Positions 28,851 to 40,591 of a DNA stretch of 64,000 nt are shown in pieces. The DNA is from an uncultured Lachnoclostridium sp. (GTDB taxonomy: Bacteria > Bacillota > Clostridia > Lachnospirales > Lachnospiraceae). The stretch covers positions 1 through 64,000 of the forward strand of contig CALWLW010000007.1 in the NCBI GenBank assembly GCA_944381625.1, given 5' to 3'. Position numbers and translations under genes: made by a program. Numbering within the stretch: position 1 is the first letter of the stretch; each line of letters opens with the position of its first letter. A model generated the notes under the pieces. The model was not told the origin of the DNA. It did not search any database and saw nothing but the letters and a program-made list of their open reading frames with translations.

Positions 28851-29305
28851 CTCTCTTCCCCCTCGCTCTCCCTGTTATTTTTCTGTCCGGCACGCCGCTT
28901 TCCTTCCCGATCCAGCTCCGTCATCCGAAGAGCCGCGGAGCCGGCGGCGATGGCGAAGACCGCGGCCAGCGCCAGAATCAGGATCTCCAGAAAGGCAACC
29001 ATCCTCCAGCTGCTCCCCGGCAGGAAGCTCCCGATGATCCCGACCCCGATGGTCAGCACCGGATAGAGCCACAGCGGATACATGGTATCCTCAAAATTGG
29101 CCGCTGTCTGGAGACTGTCCGCTCTGGCCACGCCGAACCAGAGCCCGCCTCCCGTAAGCACCAGGGACAGCACCGAAAATCCGAATCCAATCCAGGAACC
29201 GGCCTTTTCCATATCCACGAACAGGAAAAATGCCGCCAGATACACTGCCAGCAGGATTCCCGCAATCACCAGCACACGAATTCCATAAGAACTTTGCTTC
29301 TTCAT
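28844..29305 (-). CDS. Small integral membrane protein (4 TM helices) with charged C-terminal tail
   Basis: 153 aa. Hydrophobic segments VLVIAGILLAVYLAAFFLFV, IGFGFSVLSLVLTGGGLWFGV, LWLYPVLTIGVGIIGSFL, AFLEILILALAAVFAIAAG. It overlaps the TIR paralog-1 start by 7 bp and follows the SPFH gene by 3 bp. Confidence 0.6.
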   Translation of the reverse strand: MKKQSSYGIRVLVIAGILLAVYLAAFFLFVDMEKAGSWIGFGFSVLSLVLTGGGLWFGVARADSLQTAANFEDTMYPLWLYPVLTIGVGIIGSFLPGSSWRMVAFLEILILALAAVFAIAAGSAALRMTELDREGKRRAGQKNNRESEGEERW

Positions 29306-29308
29306 AAC

Positions 29309-30778
29309 CTATTCCTCCCCTCTCTTTTTGCCGCATCCGCCGCAGAACAGGGAATCCGCCGGATTCTCCCGTCCGCAGGCACAGGTCCAGGGGCCTTCCG
29401 GCTCCGGCCGTTTGCTGCCGCAGCCTCCGCAGAACCGCGCGTCTTCCGGGTTCACCCGCCCGCAGGCGCAGGTCCAGCCGGCCGGCGCGGCAGGCGCCTG
29501 CGGGGCTTCCTGGGCGGGCGCACCCTGGGACGAGGCCTGCGCGGACGCACCCTGGGGCGCCGCCCCGTAGGGATTGTTCATACCCGCGTAAGGATTCGGT
29601 ATCTCCCCTGATCCGGGCGGCACAACCGCTCCGCCGGGAGCCTGCGCTCCCATGTTCATGGCTCCTGCCATATTGGAGCCCGCCGCGCCCGCGCTGTTCA
29701 TGGTATCTTTCATGATACCGCCCATATTTTTCATCATTTCCAGGCCGATGCCCATCTTCATCACGTCGCCGAAAAAGCCTGTCATGTCTCCCATGCCGCC
29801 TCCCGCGCCGCCGGAACTGCCTTCTGCCTGGCCGCCTCCCAGCGCGCCGGCATCCACCATCCGATTCATGGTGTCGAACTGATGCTCCTGTACCGAGGTG
29901 ATGCCTTCCAGGGAACGTCTGACAGCCTCGCCCTGGGCGCCCATCACCGTCGTCCGGGCCGCCACATCGGCTTCCACCAGCTTCTTCTCCCCTTCCAGCC
30001 GGGCAAGCTGAGCCTCCTGCTCCGCCTGCTTCCTGCGCAGCTCGTACTCCAGATCCAGCTTACCGTGCTGGATATAACGGCCTTCAGCCAGAAGCCGCGC
30101 TTCCTGAAAGGCGTGGTTGTCTTCCGGCAGCGCGAACGCGTCCACGTAGAACTCCCGAAGCTGGATCCCGTACTGCAGGAACTCCGGCTTCAGCACCTCC
30201 AGCAGTCCCTGGCTGATATCGTTCAGGTGCTGATCCAGCGTAAACGCGTTCATGCTGCACTGCTGGATCACCCTTGCCAGATAGGTCTTGATCTTGGTAT
30301 TGAGCATGCTGTTAAACATATCCCGCATGCTCATGGCAGTCAGTTCCTGCCCTGTTCCCAGCAGCCAGCACAGCATCTCCTTCACCTGGTTCGGGTCAGG
30401 CTGTACGTTCATGGTGCCGCTGGCGCCCACGTTCAAGGGCATGGCTTTCCCCGGCTCCACCTCCAGCATCATGTTGACCCTCTCCCTGGTCCCCCAGGGA
30501 ATGGACATCTGTACGGCTAAATTTACAAAATAGACTTCACAGTGGAAATATCTCCCGAATCGGAGTTTTGTGAAAAATCGAAGAAAAGGGTAATTCCGGG
30601 TCTCCAGGACATGCATGCCCGGCCCCAGCACTTCCACGGCCTGCCCGTCACGGAAAAAGACCGCGGCCTGAGACTCATGCACCACAAGCCTCGCGCCGAA
30701 CTCAAAATCCTCTGTGGCGCACTTCCACGCCATCACATCAGTCCTTCCCTCATCTACCATCATGCTTCCTAACGCCAT
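29309..30778 (-). CDS. SPFH/band-7 domain protein with Gly/Met/Ala-rich low-complexity linker and two tandem C-terminal zinc ribbons (COG4260-like)
   Basis: 489 aa. The N-terminal 300 aa match SPFH-family proteins (ARLVVHESQAAVFFRDGQ...). A coiled-coil segment follows (KQAEQEAQLARLEGEKK). The C-terminus is WTCACGRVNPEDARFCGGCGSKR followed by WTCACGRENPADSLFCGGCGKKR. GGGGGA RBS before the ATG. Confidence 0.75.
   Translation of the reverse strand: MALGSMMVDEGRTDVMAWKCATEDFEFGARLVVHESQAAVFFRDGQAVEVLGPGMHVLETRNYPFLRFFTKLRFGRYFHCEVYFVNLAVQMSIPWGTRERVNMMLEVEPGKAMPLNVGASGTMNVQPDPNQVKEMLCWLLGTGQELTAMSMRDMFNSMLNTKIKTYLARVIQQCSMNAFTLDQHLNDISQGLLEVLKPEFLQYGIQLREFYVDAFALPEDNHAFQEARLLAEGRYIQHGKLDLEYELRRKQAEQEAQLARLEGEKKLVEADVAARTTVMGAQGEAVRRSLEGITSVQEHQFDTMNRMVDAGALGGGQAEGSSGGAGGGMGDMTGFFGDVMKMGIGLEMMKNMGGIMKDTMNSAGAAGSNMAGAMNMGAQAPGGAVVPPGSGEIPNPYAGMNNPYGAAPQGASAQASSQGAPAQEAPQAPAAPAGWTCACGRVNPEDARFCGGCGSKRPEPEGPWTCACGRENPADSLFCGGCGKKRGEE
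29330..29485. repeat. Tandem direct repeat (period about 78 bp, 2 copies) encoding the duplicated zinc ribbon at the 3' end of the SPFH gene
   Basis: Two adjacent near-identical segments are visible in the nucleotide sequence (ccgcagaac...ccgcaggc[a/g]caggtccag...). They are mirrored in the protein as two WTCACGR..P.D..FCGGCG.KR units. Confidence 0.6.
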
Positions 30779-30854
30779 AGCTTTTATCCCCCTGCGTTTA
30801 AATATTAAGAATCATGATGCCCCTTTTATTCATATTTTGTCAATGATGTGAACT

Positions 30855-32180
30855 TTAACATTTTCCAGAACTGTCCCGCTTCCGGCGTACCTGTCCCAAA
30901 AGAAACGGCGCCGCAAACAGCAGGGCTTTGCAGATATTATCCGCGATCATGCAGTACCACACGGCGCGCAGTCCCAGCCCCCAGACCCGCACGCAGAGGA
31001 ACGTGGACAGGATGCGCACGCCCCACATCCCCGCCGTCTCCACGCCGAACGCATAGCGTGTCCGCCCCAGGCCGTAGAAAACGCCTTCCAGCACGATCAT
31101 CAGGCCAAAAAACGGCTCGGACAGAGCCACGATGCGGAGCATCTCCCCGCCCAGCCGCACCACCTCCCCGCTGGTGGTAAACAGTCTCATAAGCGGGTAT
31201 GCCCCCGCGTACAGGACCGCGCCGCTGGCAAACATGACGGCCAGGGTCAGAAAGACGCTCAGCTTCCCCACTGCCCGGATCTTTTCTCCGTCCTGTTCTC
31301 CCCTGGCCGTCCCAATCAGAGCCGAGGTTGCCGTCCGCAGGCCGTAGCCCGGCACATAGAAAATGGTCTCTGCCGTCACCGCGATAGAATGAGCCGCGAA
31401 TACCGTCGTGCCCATGCCGGAGACCAGGCTGGCAAACACCACGTATCCCAGGCAGGAGACCACGCTGGTGCCCAGCACCGGGAGCCCGGCGTCCGCGCAT
31501 TCCTCCAGCAGTCCCCGGTCTGCGGAGAAATCCTTCCATTCCCAGGCAAGCTCCCGTTTCCGCCGGTACGCGGCGTACATGAGGATTCCCGAAAGGGCAT
31601 AAGATACGGCGGACGCCGCTGCCGCCCCGCTGACCCCCATCCCCAGGGCATAGATCAGAACATAGTTGAGCACAATATTCAGCACGTTGGCCGCCACGCT
31701 GATCAGCATGGGCGTCTTCGTATCCTGCACTGCCCGCAGGGCGTCGCCCAGCACGGAGCCGGCCGTGCGGAACACCATGGGCAGACTGACGATCAGGAAA
31801 TACCGGGACGCTTCGGCACGGATGCCGGGATCTGCGCCCATCCATCCGGGAATGTACGGGCTCAGCACGACTGAAAAGCCGCCCAGCGCCAGGCCGGACA
31901 GCACAGACAGCAGCAGAGCCTGCTGCGACAGCTTTTTCACTTGTTTCTGGTCGCCTGCTCCGGCGGCTCTTGAGATCAAAATCAGCATGGCGGTGCCGAT
32001 GGCCCCCGGAACGCTGTTGACCAGCCAGGTCACGGTGGTGGTCGTACTCACCGCCGCCGTGGCCTCCTCGCCCAGCCGCCCCACCATGGCCGTATCCACA
32101 TACTGGAGCAGTGTGGCCAGGATCTCCTCTATGACCGTCGGAAGCGACAGCATCAGAAGCCTGGCCGCGTATTTTCTCAT
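30855..32180 (-). CDS. MATE family efflux transporter
   Basis: 441 aa, 12 predicted TM helices, MATE-like N-terminus (LPTVIEEILATLLQYVDTAMVGRLGEEATAAV). Confidence 0.85.
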   Translation of the reverse strand: MRKYAARLLMLSLPTVIEEILATLLQYVDTAMVGRLGEEATAAVSTTTTVTWLVNSVPGAIGTAMLILISRAAGAGDQKQVKKLSQQALLLSVLSGLALGGFSVVLSPYIPGWMGADPGIRAEASRYFLIVSLPMVFRTAGSVLGDALRAVQDTKTPMLISVAANVLNIVLNYVLIYALGMGVSGAAAASAVSYALSGILMYAAYRRKRELAWEWKDFSADRGLLEECADAGLPVLGTSVVSCLGYVVFASLVSGMGTTVFAAHSIAVTAETIFYVPGYGLRTATSALIGTARGEQDGEKIRAVGKLSVFLTLAVMFASGAVLYAGAYPLMRLFTTSGEVVRLGGEMLRIVALSEPFFGLMIVLEGVFYGLGRTRYAFGVETAGMWGVRILSTFLCVRVWGLGLRAVWYCMIADNICKALLFAAPFLLGQVRRKRDSSGKC

Positions 32181-33040
32181 GACGCCTCCGGACAGCGCAG
32201 GATAATCTCCCCTCCGGCCCGTTCGTCATCCCGGATAATCTCGCCCACGGACGGTACATAAATATGTCCTGCACAGGGGTTCTTGATGCTCAGTACCGGC
32301 GCGGTCAGCTCCGCCTCCACCTCGGACTTTTCGAAGGCCAGATCTGTATCGACCATCTCACAGTTTATCAGCTTCAGACCCTTGCAGTAACACAGAGGCT
32401 GCGTACCGATGATCTTACAGTTATCAAAGGTCACATCCTCGCAGTACCAGGCCAGATATTCACCTTTCACCACGCTGTTTTTCACCAGCACATGCTTCGC
32501 GTGCCAGAACGCATCCTTGGTATCGAACTCGCAGTTTTCAAAAACAGAATTCTCAATATACTGGAAAGAGTATTTTCCTTTCATATGTACATTCTCAAAG
32601 TTCAGGTGTTCTGAACGCATCATGAAGTATTCGCTCTCCACCGTGCAGTCCTTCATGCGGACGCCGCTCACGGACCAGCCGAACTCCGGCGATATAATAT
32701 CACATCTTTCCAGGGACGCGTCCCTGCACTCTCTCAGCGCCTTGATCCCATGCAGCTTCGTATCCATAATCTGGATCTGCTCCGAATACCACAGCGCCGC
32801 CCGGCACAGTTCGGTCATCTGGGAATCCTTCACTTTCAGCCCCTGCACATGCCAGAACGGGTACCTCAGGTTGAAAAAACAGTGTTCCGCCTGAATATCC
32901 CCGCATTCCTTAAACGCGCTTTCTCCATCCGCAGGCCCGTCAAAGGAACAGTCCTTTACCAGCAGCTCCCTGCTCCCATACAGCGCCCTTTCCTCGTCAA
33001 ACGTCTGATTCTCTATGATTTTCAATGTCAACGCCTCCAT
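32177..33040 (-). CDS. DUF3737-like right-handed beta-helix repeat protein
   Basis: Repetitive Cys/Asp-rich beta-helix pattern (CSFDG, CFFN, CDII, CTVE, CEFD, DNCKI, INCEM). The start was trimmed to ATG MEALTLKII (288 aa). The ORF-track start at 33151 is a GTG that overlaps the upstream gene by 16 bp. Confidence 0.6.
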   Translation of the reverse strand: MEALTLKIIENQTFDEERALYGSRELLVKDCSFDGPADGESAFKECGDIQAEHCFFNLRYPFWHVQGLKVKDSQMTELCRAALWYSEQIQIMDTKLHGIKALRECRDASLERCDIISPEFGWSVSGVRMKDCTVESEYFMMRSEHLNFENVHMKGKYSFQYIENSVFENCEFDTKDAFWHAKHVLVKNSVVKGEYLAWYCEDVTFDNCKIIGTQPLCYCKGLKLINCEMVDTDLAFEKSEVEAELTAPVLSIKNPCAGHIYVPSVGEIIRDDERAGGEIILRCPEAS

Positions 33041-33135
33041 TTCTGCATGAAAAAAGTATAGATCTTCTCTGTGAAAATGGCAAATACCTGTTCTCAATGG
33101 CGCTGTATAGAAAAAACGTATGGGAGGGGCAGCTG

Positions 33136-34092
33136 TTATGCGTTCCTGCACTTCTCCAGTATCCGCACCACTTCCAGCGTGTTTTTCAGATTCTTATAAC
33201 AAGTCTCATAATCTTCCTCCTGCACCAGGCGGGCCAGTTCCTGAACTTCATAGAACCACTGATCCTCCTCCAGATGTACGCTCTGGGTCTCTCCGCCTTT
33301 CTGCACCAGGCACACATCCTTCAGCTGATTGCTGGTGGGAGTTACCCGGATATAGCCCTGATCCCCCATGATCTGTACGTTATTTTCACACCAGGTATCT
33401 TTCGCGCCGGTACACTGGCAGATCACATCTTTATATCTCATAAGGAGGACTCCGTGAATATCCACGTCGTTCTCATGGCGCCCCGCAAAGTATGCCGTCT
33501 CGTCGGGCGCGCCCAAAAGCCCCACCACAAAATGAAGGTTATATACGTTGATATCCATCAGCGACCCGCCGGCAAATTCCGGATTGAAAATATTGGTAAC
33601 CTCTCCGTCCTTCAAAAGATCGTACCGGCTGGAATACTGGCAGAAAGTACAGGAGATCATTTTCAGGTCTCCGATATCTGTCATATGTTCCCGAACCCAG
33701 GAATAATGCGGATGGTATAAGGTAGTAACGCCTTCAAACAAAAACAGATGCCTGTCCTTCGCCATGCGGATCAGTTCCTCCGCCTCCGCGGCGGTGGGCG
33801 TAAACGGCTTTTCACAGATGACATTTTTCCCATATTCCAGCGCCTTTTTCACCTGTCCATAGTGAAGGCTGTTGGGCGACGCCACATAGATAAAATTCAG
33901 CTCCTCATCCTGGCACATGGCGTCCAGATCTGTATAGACCTTTTCCACCCCGAACTCATCCGCCAGTTTCCTGCCCGTCTCTTCCTTTCTGGAATAAACG
34001 GCTTTGCAGGTAATCCCCTCCGTACGTTCTACCCCCTTCAGAATGTGCCGGACGATGACGCCGCTTCCGATGGTTCCCATTCTTATCTCCAT
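33136..34092 (-). CDS. Gfo/Idh/MocA family NAD(P)-dependent oxidoreductase
   Basis: 318 aa. N-terminal Rossmann fold (MGTIGSGVIVRH) and the EKP motif (ICEKPF). Confidence 0.8.
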   Translation of the reverse strand: MEIRMGTIGSGVIVRHILKGVERTEGITCKAVYSRKEETGRKLADEFGVEKVYTDLDAMCQDEELNFIYVASPNSLHYGQVKKALEYGKNVICEKPFTPTAAEAEELIRMAKDRHLFLFEGVTTLYHPHYSWVREHMTDIGDLKMISCTFCQYSSRYDLLKDGEVTNIFNPEFAGGSLMDINVYNLHFVVGLLGAPDETAYFAGRHENDVDIHGVLLMRYKDVICQCTGAKDTWCENNVQIMGDQGYIRVTPTSNQLKDVCLVQKGGETQSVHLEEDQWFYEVQELARLVQEEDYETCYKNLKNTLEVVRILEKCRNA

Positions 34093-34301
34093 ATCCCTGT
34101 TCCTCCCTGGTTCTGCATTTTTACCGAATCCCCGGCGGGTGACCTGCCGGCCTCCGGTTTCTTCTTATTGTACACCATTACAACTCATTCGTCAGTTTAA
34201 ACCTGACGATTACCGTTCACTTGTCAGCCTGAACCTAACATCCTGTCATTGTGAAAACCCCTTAAATATGTTATGGTAAAAGCACAGAGAGGTGCAAGCC
34301 T

Positions 34302-35165
34302 ATGATCATGGAAAAGCTGAAAGAGCAAAAAGATTTCACAAGCCACGAAAGAGATGTGGCCCGCTATATACTGGAGCATCCGGAGCAGGTGCCCGTCATG
34401 TCCGCGGGCGAGCTGGCGCAGGCGTCTTTTACCAGCAAGGCCACCGTCGTGCGGCTCATCCAGAAGCTGGGGATGGGAGGCTATCAGGAATTCAAGCTGA
34501 AGCTGGTGGAGGAAAACATCCAGAAACGCCGCCTGGATCAGCTCCTGGCCAACGAACCCATCACCGGGGACAGTTCCTGCTCGGACATTATCAACACGCT
34601 CCCGGTCCTCTACGACAGGGCCATCACCAATACGCGGCTTGCTCTGGACAAAAATGTCCTGAACCGCATCAACAACGTGCTTCAGAAGGCAGAATGCATC
34701 GATTTCTACGGAACCGGCATCAGCTATGTCCTGGCCCAGTCCGCCGCCTTCAAGTTCGGCACCCTGGGTGTGGAATGTTCCGCCTACGAGAGCATCAACG
34801 CCTACTATCTGGCGGCACGCAACCGCAAGAAGACCGTGGCGTTCCTGATCAGCTTCACCGGGGCGAACCATGCCGTAACCCGCATGGCCCGGTATTTAAG
34901 AGAAGCCACCAAAAACTATGTGGTGGGGATCGTTGGCCCGCATAATGAAGCCATCCGGGAATGGTGCCATGAGATCGTGGAAGTGGCCAACCGTGATTCC
35001 CTGCTCAGCCTGGACGTCATCACCTCTTTTACCGGCACCACCTACGTGATGGATATCTTCTTCTCCCTGCTTCTGGTGGGCCGCTACGACGAGCATGCCC
35101 AGTCGTCTCTGGACATTCTGAATCATATGCACCTTCTGTGGGATGAATCCTATCACAAGACCTGA
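34302..35165 (+). CDS. MurR/RpiR family transcriptional regulator (HTH plus SIS domain)
   Basis: 287 aa. N-terminal HTH region (SAGELAQASFTSKATVVRLIQKLG). C-terminal SIS domain (IDFYGTGISYVLAQSAAFKF). Confidence 0.8.
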   Translation: MIMEKLKEQKDFTSHERDVARYILEHPEQVPVMSAGELAQASFTSKATVVRLIQKLGMGGYQEFKLKLVEENIQKRRLDQLLANEPITGDSSCSDIINTLPVLYDRAITNTRLALDKNVLNRINNVLQKAECIDFYGTGISYVLAQSAAFKFGTLGVECSAYESINAYYLAARNRKKTVAFLISFTGANHAVTRMARYLREATKNYVVGIVGPHNEAIREWCHEIVEVANRDSLLSLDVITSFTGTTYVMDIFFSLLLVGRYDEHAQSSLDILNHMHLLWDESYHKT

Positions 35166-35178
35166 GAATCTTCCTGAA

Positions 35179-35216
35179 CCGCTGTTGCAGAAACGGCGGT
35201 TTTTTTCTGTCTTTTT
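35179..35216 (+). terminator. Intrinsic terminator downstream of the MurR/RpiR gene
   Basis: CCGCUGUU / AACGGCGG stem with a 5-nt loop, followed by UUUUUUUCUGUCUUUUUU. Confidence 0.5.
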
Positions 35217-35373
35217 TGAAACGGTGAAACAATCCCCCTGGATTCCATTGTATCCGGACGGTTCCCCATGATAAGATCCTTTACAGAAATCCGGAGGCAC
35301 GCCGCGGGAACAAGCCGCCGGATACGGCACAGATGACGTGCCTGCCGCCATTAACCGGCGGAGTTGATACTGA

Positions 35374-38705
<3,332 letters not shown>

Positions 38706-38723
38706 ACGGAAGATGAATCATAG

Positions 38724-38752
38724 AAAAGAAAAGTCCCGGCGGGGTTGAAAAC
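38724..38752. terminator. Bidirectional terminator-like hairpin between the GH1 gene (+) and the ParE-like toxin gene (-)
   Basis: cccggcgg...ccgccggg stem with T-rich flanks on both strands. Confidence 0.45.
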
Positions 38753-38774
38753 CGCCGGGGCTTAAAATTCTATT

Positions 38775-39080
38775 TTAATAAAACAATTTGGGATAATCCG
38801 TCTGTGTATCAGCTATATGATAAACATATACAATATCTTCAATCAATCGGTATACCGCCACATGTCTTTTGCAAATCACCATACGGTATCCCAGTTTATT
38901 TAACCATGGATCAGGCGTGATAGAACCAGAATCTGGAAAACTTTCCAGTCTGGAGATTGTATTCAGGATGGAATCTCCCACTTTCAATGCTGTTTCAGCT
39001 CCAAATTTCAGCAAATACCAGTCCTGTATTGCCTTCAGATCTTCCCATGCCGTTGGAAGGATCTCGACCTTATAGCTCAT
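38775..39080 (-). CDS. Type II toxin-antitoxin system toxin, ParE/RelE family
   Basis: 101 aa with a ParE-like profile (KVEILPTAWEDLKAIQDWY...RMVICKRHVAVYRLIEDIVYVYHI). It overlaps the upstream antitoxin gene by 11 bp. Confidence 0.8.
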   Translation of the reverse strand: MSYKVEILPTAWEDLKAIQDWYLLKFGAETALKVGDSILNTISRLESFPDSGSITPDPWLNKLGYRMVICKRHVAVYRLIEDIVYVYHIADTQTDYPKLFY

Positions 39081-39336
39081 AGATCCGCTCCCTCAACTTT
39101 TTCTGTGCCTCAGAAATACTCATTGTTTTATCGCCGCGCAACCGTTCCTCCTCCGCTTGAAGAATTTTAGAACGCAATTCTAGTACCTGTTCGCGCCGTT
39201 CAAATGCGTCAATATCCATCACAACCAGATCGCCTTCCCCATTTTTTGTAATATAGATGGGTTCTTTGGTGTCTTTCGCCATGGTGGATATGCTTGCATA
39301 GTCATTTCTTAATGTTGCAGAATTTTTTATAATCAT
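39070..39336 (-). CDS. Type II antitoxin, Phd/YefM-like
   Basis: 88 aa (ISTMAKDTKEPIYITKNGEGDLVVMDIDAFERREQ). Typical antitoxin-first gene order with an overlapping stop and start. Confidence 0.7.
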   Translation of the reverse strand: MIIKNSATLRNDYASISTMAKDTKEPIYITKNGEGDLVVMDIDAFERREQVLELRSKILQAEEERLRGDKTMSISEAQKKLRERIYEL

Positions 39337-39405
39337 AAAATCACCCTCATATCTATTTTATGATATAATTATATCATTATTATATTATTCCGCAAAGAAC
39401 CATTT

Positions 39406-40095
39406 TTATAAAATTTTCTTAATCTCCTGCAGATTCCGAATCTCATAATCGATCTTCTCCGGCGTAGCACATGGGAGCCCTTCCGGATTATACCAGCAGG
39501 TTTTGATCCCTGCCCGGAAGCCCCCTTCCATATCGCTGGTGAGGGAATCGCCCACGATCAGCACCCGGTTTTTATCCGGAGCCTGAATCTCCTGAAAAAC
39601 CTGATCGAAAAATTCTATGGCCGGTTTCTCATATCCCAGTTCCTCCGACAGAAAGACGCCGTCCATCAGCTGATCGAAGCCGGAACGGCGAAGTTTCTTC
39701 GTCTGTGCCGTCACCGTCCCGTTGGACACCACATACTGCCTGACCTTTCCCCGCAGGGACTCCACCAGAGCCTTGCTGTCGTCGCAAAATACAATGGTAT
39801 CTCCCAGGCGCACCTGGTAAGCCGCATTGAACGCTTCTCCCAACAAGACGTCCAATCCTTCCTCCCGGAAAAAATCCTCAAACCGCTTTACCAGGATCTG
39901 CTGTTTGGACATCTCTCCCCGCTCCAGCTTCCTCCAGTATTCTCTGTTGATTTCCGAATAACGGGCCAGCATTCCATCCGTACACCTGCCCAGTCCAAAT
40001 TCTTGAAACAGGCTTTGAATCGCCGCCTTTTCCGCCGCCAGGAAATCCAGCAGCGTCCCGTCCACGTCCCATAACACGACGTCAAATCGATCCAT
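39406..40095 (-). CDS. HAD-IA family hydrolase (YjjG-like nucleotidase)
   Basis: 229 aa. HAD motif I DVVLWDVDGTLLDF and motif IV GDSLTSD. Confidence 0.8.
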   Translation of the reverse strand: MDRFDVVLWDVDGTLLDFLAAEKAAIQSLFQEFGLGRCTDGMLARYSEINREYWRKLERGEMSKQQILVKRFEDFFREEGLDVLLGEAFNAAYQVRLGDTIVFCDDSKALVESLRGKVRQYVVSNGTVTAQTKKLRRSGFDQLMDGVFLSEELGYEKPAIEFFDQVFQEIQAPDKNRVLIVGDSLTSDMEGGFRAGIKTCWYNPEGLPCATPEKIDYEIRNLQEIKKIL

Positions 40096-40591
40096 CTTCT
40101 TTCTCCTCCAGGTTCTTTTGTTTTTCTTTCTTTTTCTCCCGCAGTTCCCGGAAAAAATTCGTCAGCATGACGGAGCATTCCTCCTCCAGCACGCCCTCCC
40201 GAATCTCCACCTGATGGTTAAACGCCGGTACCTGCAAAAGATTCAGCACGGAGCCCGCACAGCCCGCCTTGGGATTGCGGCTGCCGATCACCAGCCGGGG
40301 AATCCTGGCCTGCACGATAGCTCCTGCGCACATCTGGCACGGTTCCAGCGTCACGTAAATCGTGCAGTCCTCCAGCCGCCAGTCTCCGGCAATCCGGCTG
40401 GCCCGGCGGATCGCCTGCAGCTCCGCATGCGCCAGGGTATTCTTGTCTGTATTCCTCCGGTTATAACCCCTGGCTATGATCCGGCCATCCCTTACAATCA
40501 CACATCCGATGGGCACCTCCCCCAGCTTCCAGGCTTTATGTGCCTGCCGGATGGCTTCCTTCATATACTTTTCCTCTTCCGTCAGCGGCAT
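40082..40591 (-). CDS. tadA: tRNA adenosine(34) deaminase
   Basis: CDA-fold zinc motifs HAELQAI and TLEPCQMCAGAI. The start was set to ATG MPLTEEE with a GAGAGGAG RBS. The ORF-track start is a TTG 27 nt upstream. Confidence 0.85.
   Translation of the reverse strand: MPLTEEEKYMKEAIRQAHKAWKLGEVPIGCVIVRDGRIIARGYNRRNTDKNTLAHAELQAIRRASRIAGDWRLEDCTIYVTLEPCQMCAGAIVQARIPRLVIGSRNPKAGCAGSVLNLLQVPAFNHQVEIREGVLEEECSVMLTNFFRELREKKKEKQKNLEEKEDGSI

Noticed and set aside
39878-40178. Small ORFs overlapping the HAD gene (39878-40072 -, 39888-40178 -)
   Set aside because: They are alternative-frame shadows inside or around a well-supported HAD hydrolase gene.
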